A DNA stretch of 64,000 nucleotides, taken from NCBI GenBank assembly GCA_017883585.1, contig JADGNG010000070.1, positions 10,330 to 74,329 on the forward strand, given 5' to 3'. This DNA is from Candidatus Bathyarchaeota archaeon (GTDB lineage Archaea; Thermoproteota; Bathyarchaeia; TCS64). The translations under genes were made by a program, and so were the position numbers. Shown here piece after piece: positions 63,257 through 64,000 of the stretch. The notes beneath the pieces are model-generated. The model saw only the letters and a program-made list of their open reading frames with translations, was not told the DNA's origin and made no database searches. The number at the start of each line of letters is the position of its first letter. Within the stretch, counting starts at the first letter, position 1.

Positions 63257-64000
63257 CTATGTGAAGGGTAGGCGTTTGTATCTCCTGTAGGTTAGGAAGA
63301 CTATGATTATCGTCGTTAGAATGCTGGCGACTGTGTAGAAGATGATGGGGGAGAAGACGCTCAGCGGTGCCTCTGGGTTCTGCAGGATCTGGGCGGACTC
63401 CATGAGGATGAACCTGATCCAGATGGCGAGGTTCAGGCTAACTATACTCTGGCCGAGGCGCTCATCCTTCCTGAGGTAGTGGGATACTCCTCCGCCCGTC
63501 AAGGCTACCATTACGCCCAGTATAATGAGGTCTAAGCCCTTCAGAAGGAATACAGAGACGAAGACGGGGAGGACACCCACCCACCAGGCCCAGTTCCAGA
63601 GGGGCTCAATCGGCGTCGGTACAAGGAGCGCCGCGGAGCTAGCCCCCTGGTAACCACCGATTAATGCGACCAAGACACCTATGACCCTGCACACGAAGAT
63701 TATCTGCTCCTCAGGTGGGGGTAACCTGGGCTTGATGGTCGTTATCCTGTCGTAAATGCCGAAGCCCTTTAGGAAGAGTACGAATCCAACAACGAAGACG
63801 ACTGCGAGTCCCGCGTTCTGTAGCTGGTTAGAGGCGATTAGGAACCCGAAGATGAGGAGGAGGACTCCGGGTACACCGAGGGCGAACCGGGAGTAGTACG
63901 GATCGTCGACTATCATCCTCAAGTACTTGCCGAAGACGGCGTAAGTCTCCTCGATCCTCTCGCTGTGCTTCACAACGACGTGATGGACGCTTGTTATCGG
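63257..64000 (-). CDS. polytopic membrane protein (possibly DUF373-like), 5' end beyond the window
   Basis: The frame stays open to nt 64000 (..PITSVHHVVVKHSERIEE..). The C-terminal 200 aa or so hold 6-7 hydrophobic helices. Confidence 0.5.
   Translation of the reverse strand, partial: PITSVHHVVVKHSERIEETYAVFGKYLRMIVDDPYYSRFALGVPGVLLLIFGFLIASNQLQNAGLAVVFVVGFVLFLKGFGIYDRITTIKPRLPPPEEQIIFVCRVIGVLVALIGGYQGASSAALLVPTPIEPLWNWAWWVGVLPVFVSVFLLKGLDLIILGVMVALTGGGVSHYLRKDERLGQSIVSLNLAIWIRFILMESAQILQNPEAPLSVFSPIIFYTVASILTTIIIVFLTYRRYKRLPFT

Noticed and set aside
1-64000. Scan for tRNA, rRNA, CRISPR arrays, transposases and integrases
   Set aside because: No T-loop GGTTCRAATCC-type motif occurs in a cloverleaf context in any spacer. 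There are no regularly spaced direct repeats, no rRNA-like conserved blocks, and no DDE, tyrosine or serine recombinase-like translations in the ORF track.

Overview
This is an archaeal chromosomal segment, GC-rich overall, with several conspicuous AT-rich islets. All calls come from reading the supplied ORF translations and the raw sequence; no database search was run. About 65 protein genes are supported. The information-processing core includes Orc1/Cdc6, RadA, Hjc, PolX, an Lhr-type helicase, SMC-ScpA-ScpB, aIF1/SUI1, ribosomal protein S8e, Gar1, SRP19, a PAC2 proteasome chaperone, a LonC-like protease, TrxB/Trx, enolase and UppS. Between these lie accessory metabolic blocks: a BKACE/3-hydroxyacyl-CoA dehydrogenase/M20/MFS block, alanine dehydrogenase with PrpD-like and crotonase genes, tungsten AOR with a ferredoxin, and a D-amino-acid/dipeptide-flavoured neighbourhood. 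I found no rRNA, tRNA, CRISPR array, transposase or integrase. The most interesting signals are: (1) a tightly packed, unassigned gene string of PP-loop ATPase, Ddl-like ATP-grasp, GNAT-like and gamma-glutamylcyclotransferase genes with a divergent PLP enzyme (41.7-46.3 kb), extending into amidohydrolase, UbiA, dipeptide-epimerase-like, GATase1 and alanine racemase genes; (2) a roughly 340 nt non-coding, hairpin-dense stretch (32258-32600) closed by an 11-bp long-range helix and carrying RNase P RNA-like purine motifs in the expected order; (3) two essential-looking genes (SMC, ATP-grasp) whose conserved N-termini lie upstream of any ATG/GTG/TTG codon; (4) three decayed genes (SRPBCC, response regulator, histidine-kinase remnant); (5) low-GC islets carrying a zinc-ribbon-PLD nuclease and a VOC gene, which look horizontally acquired.
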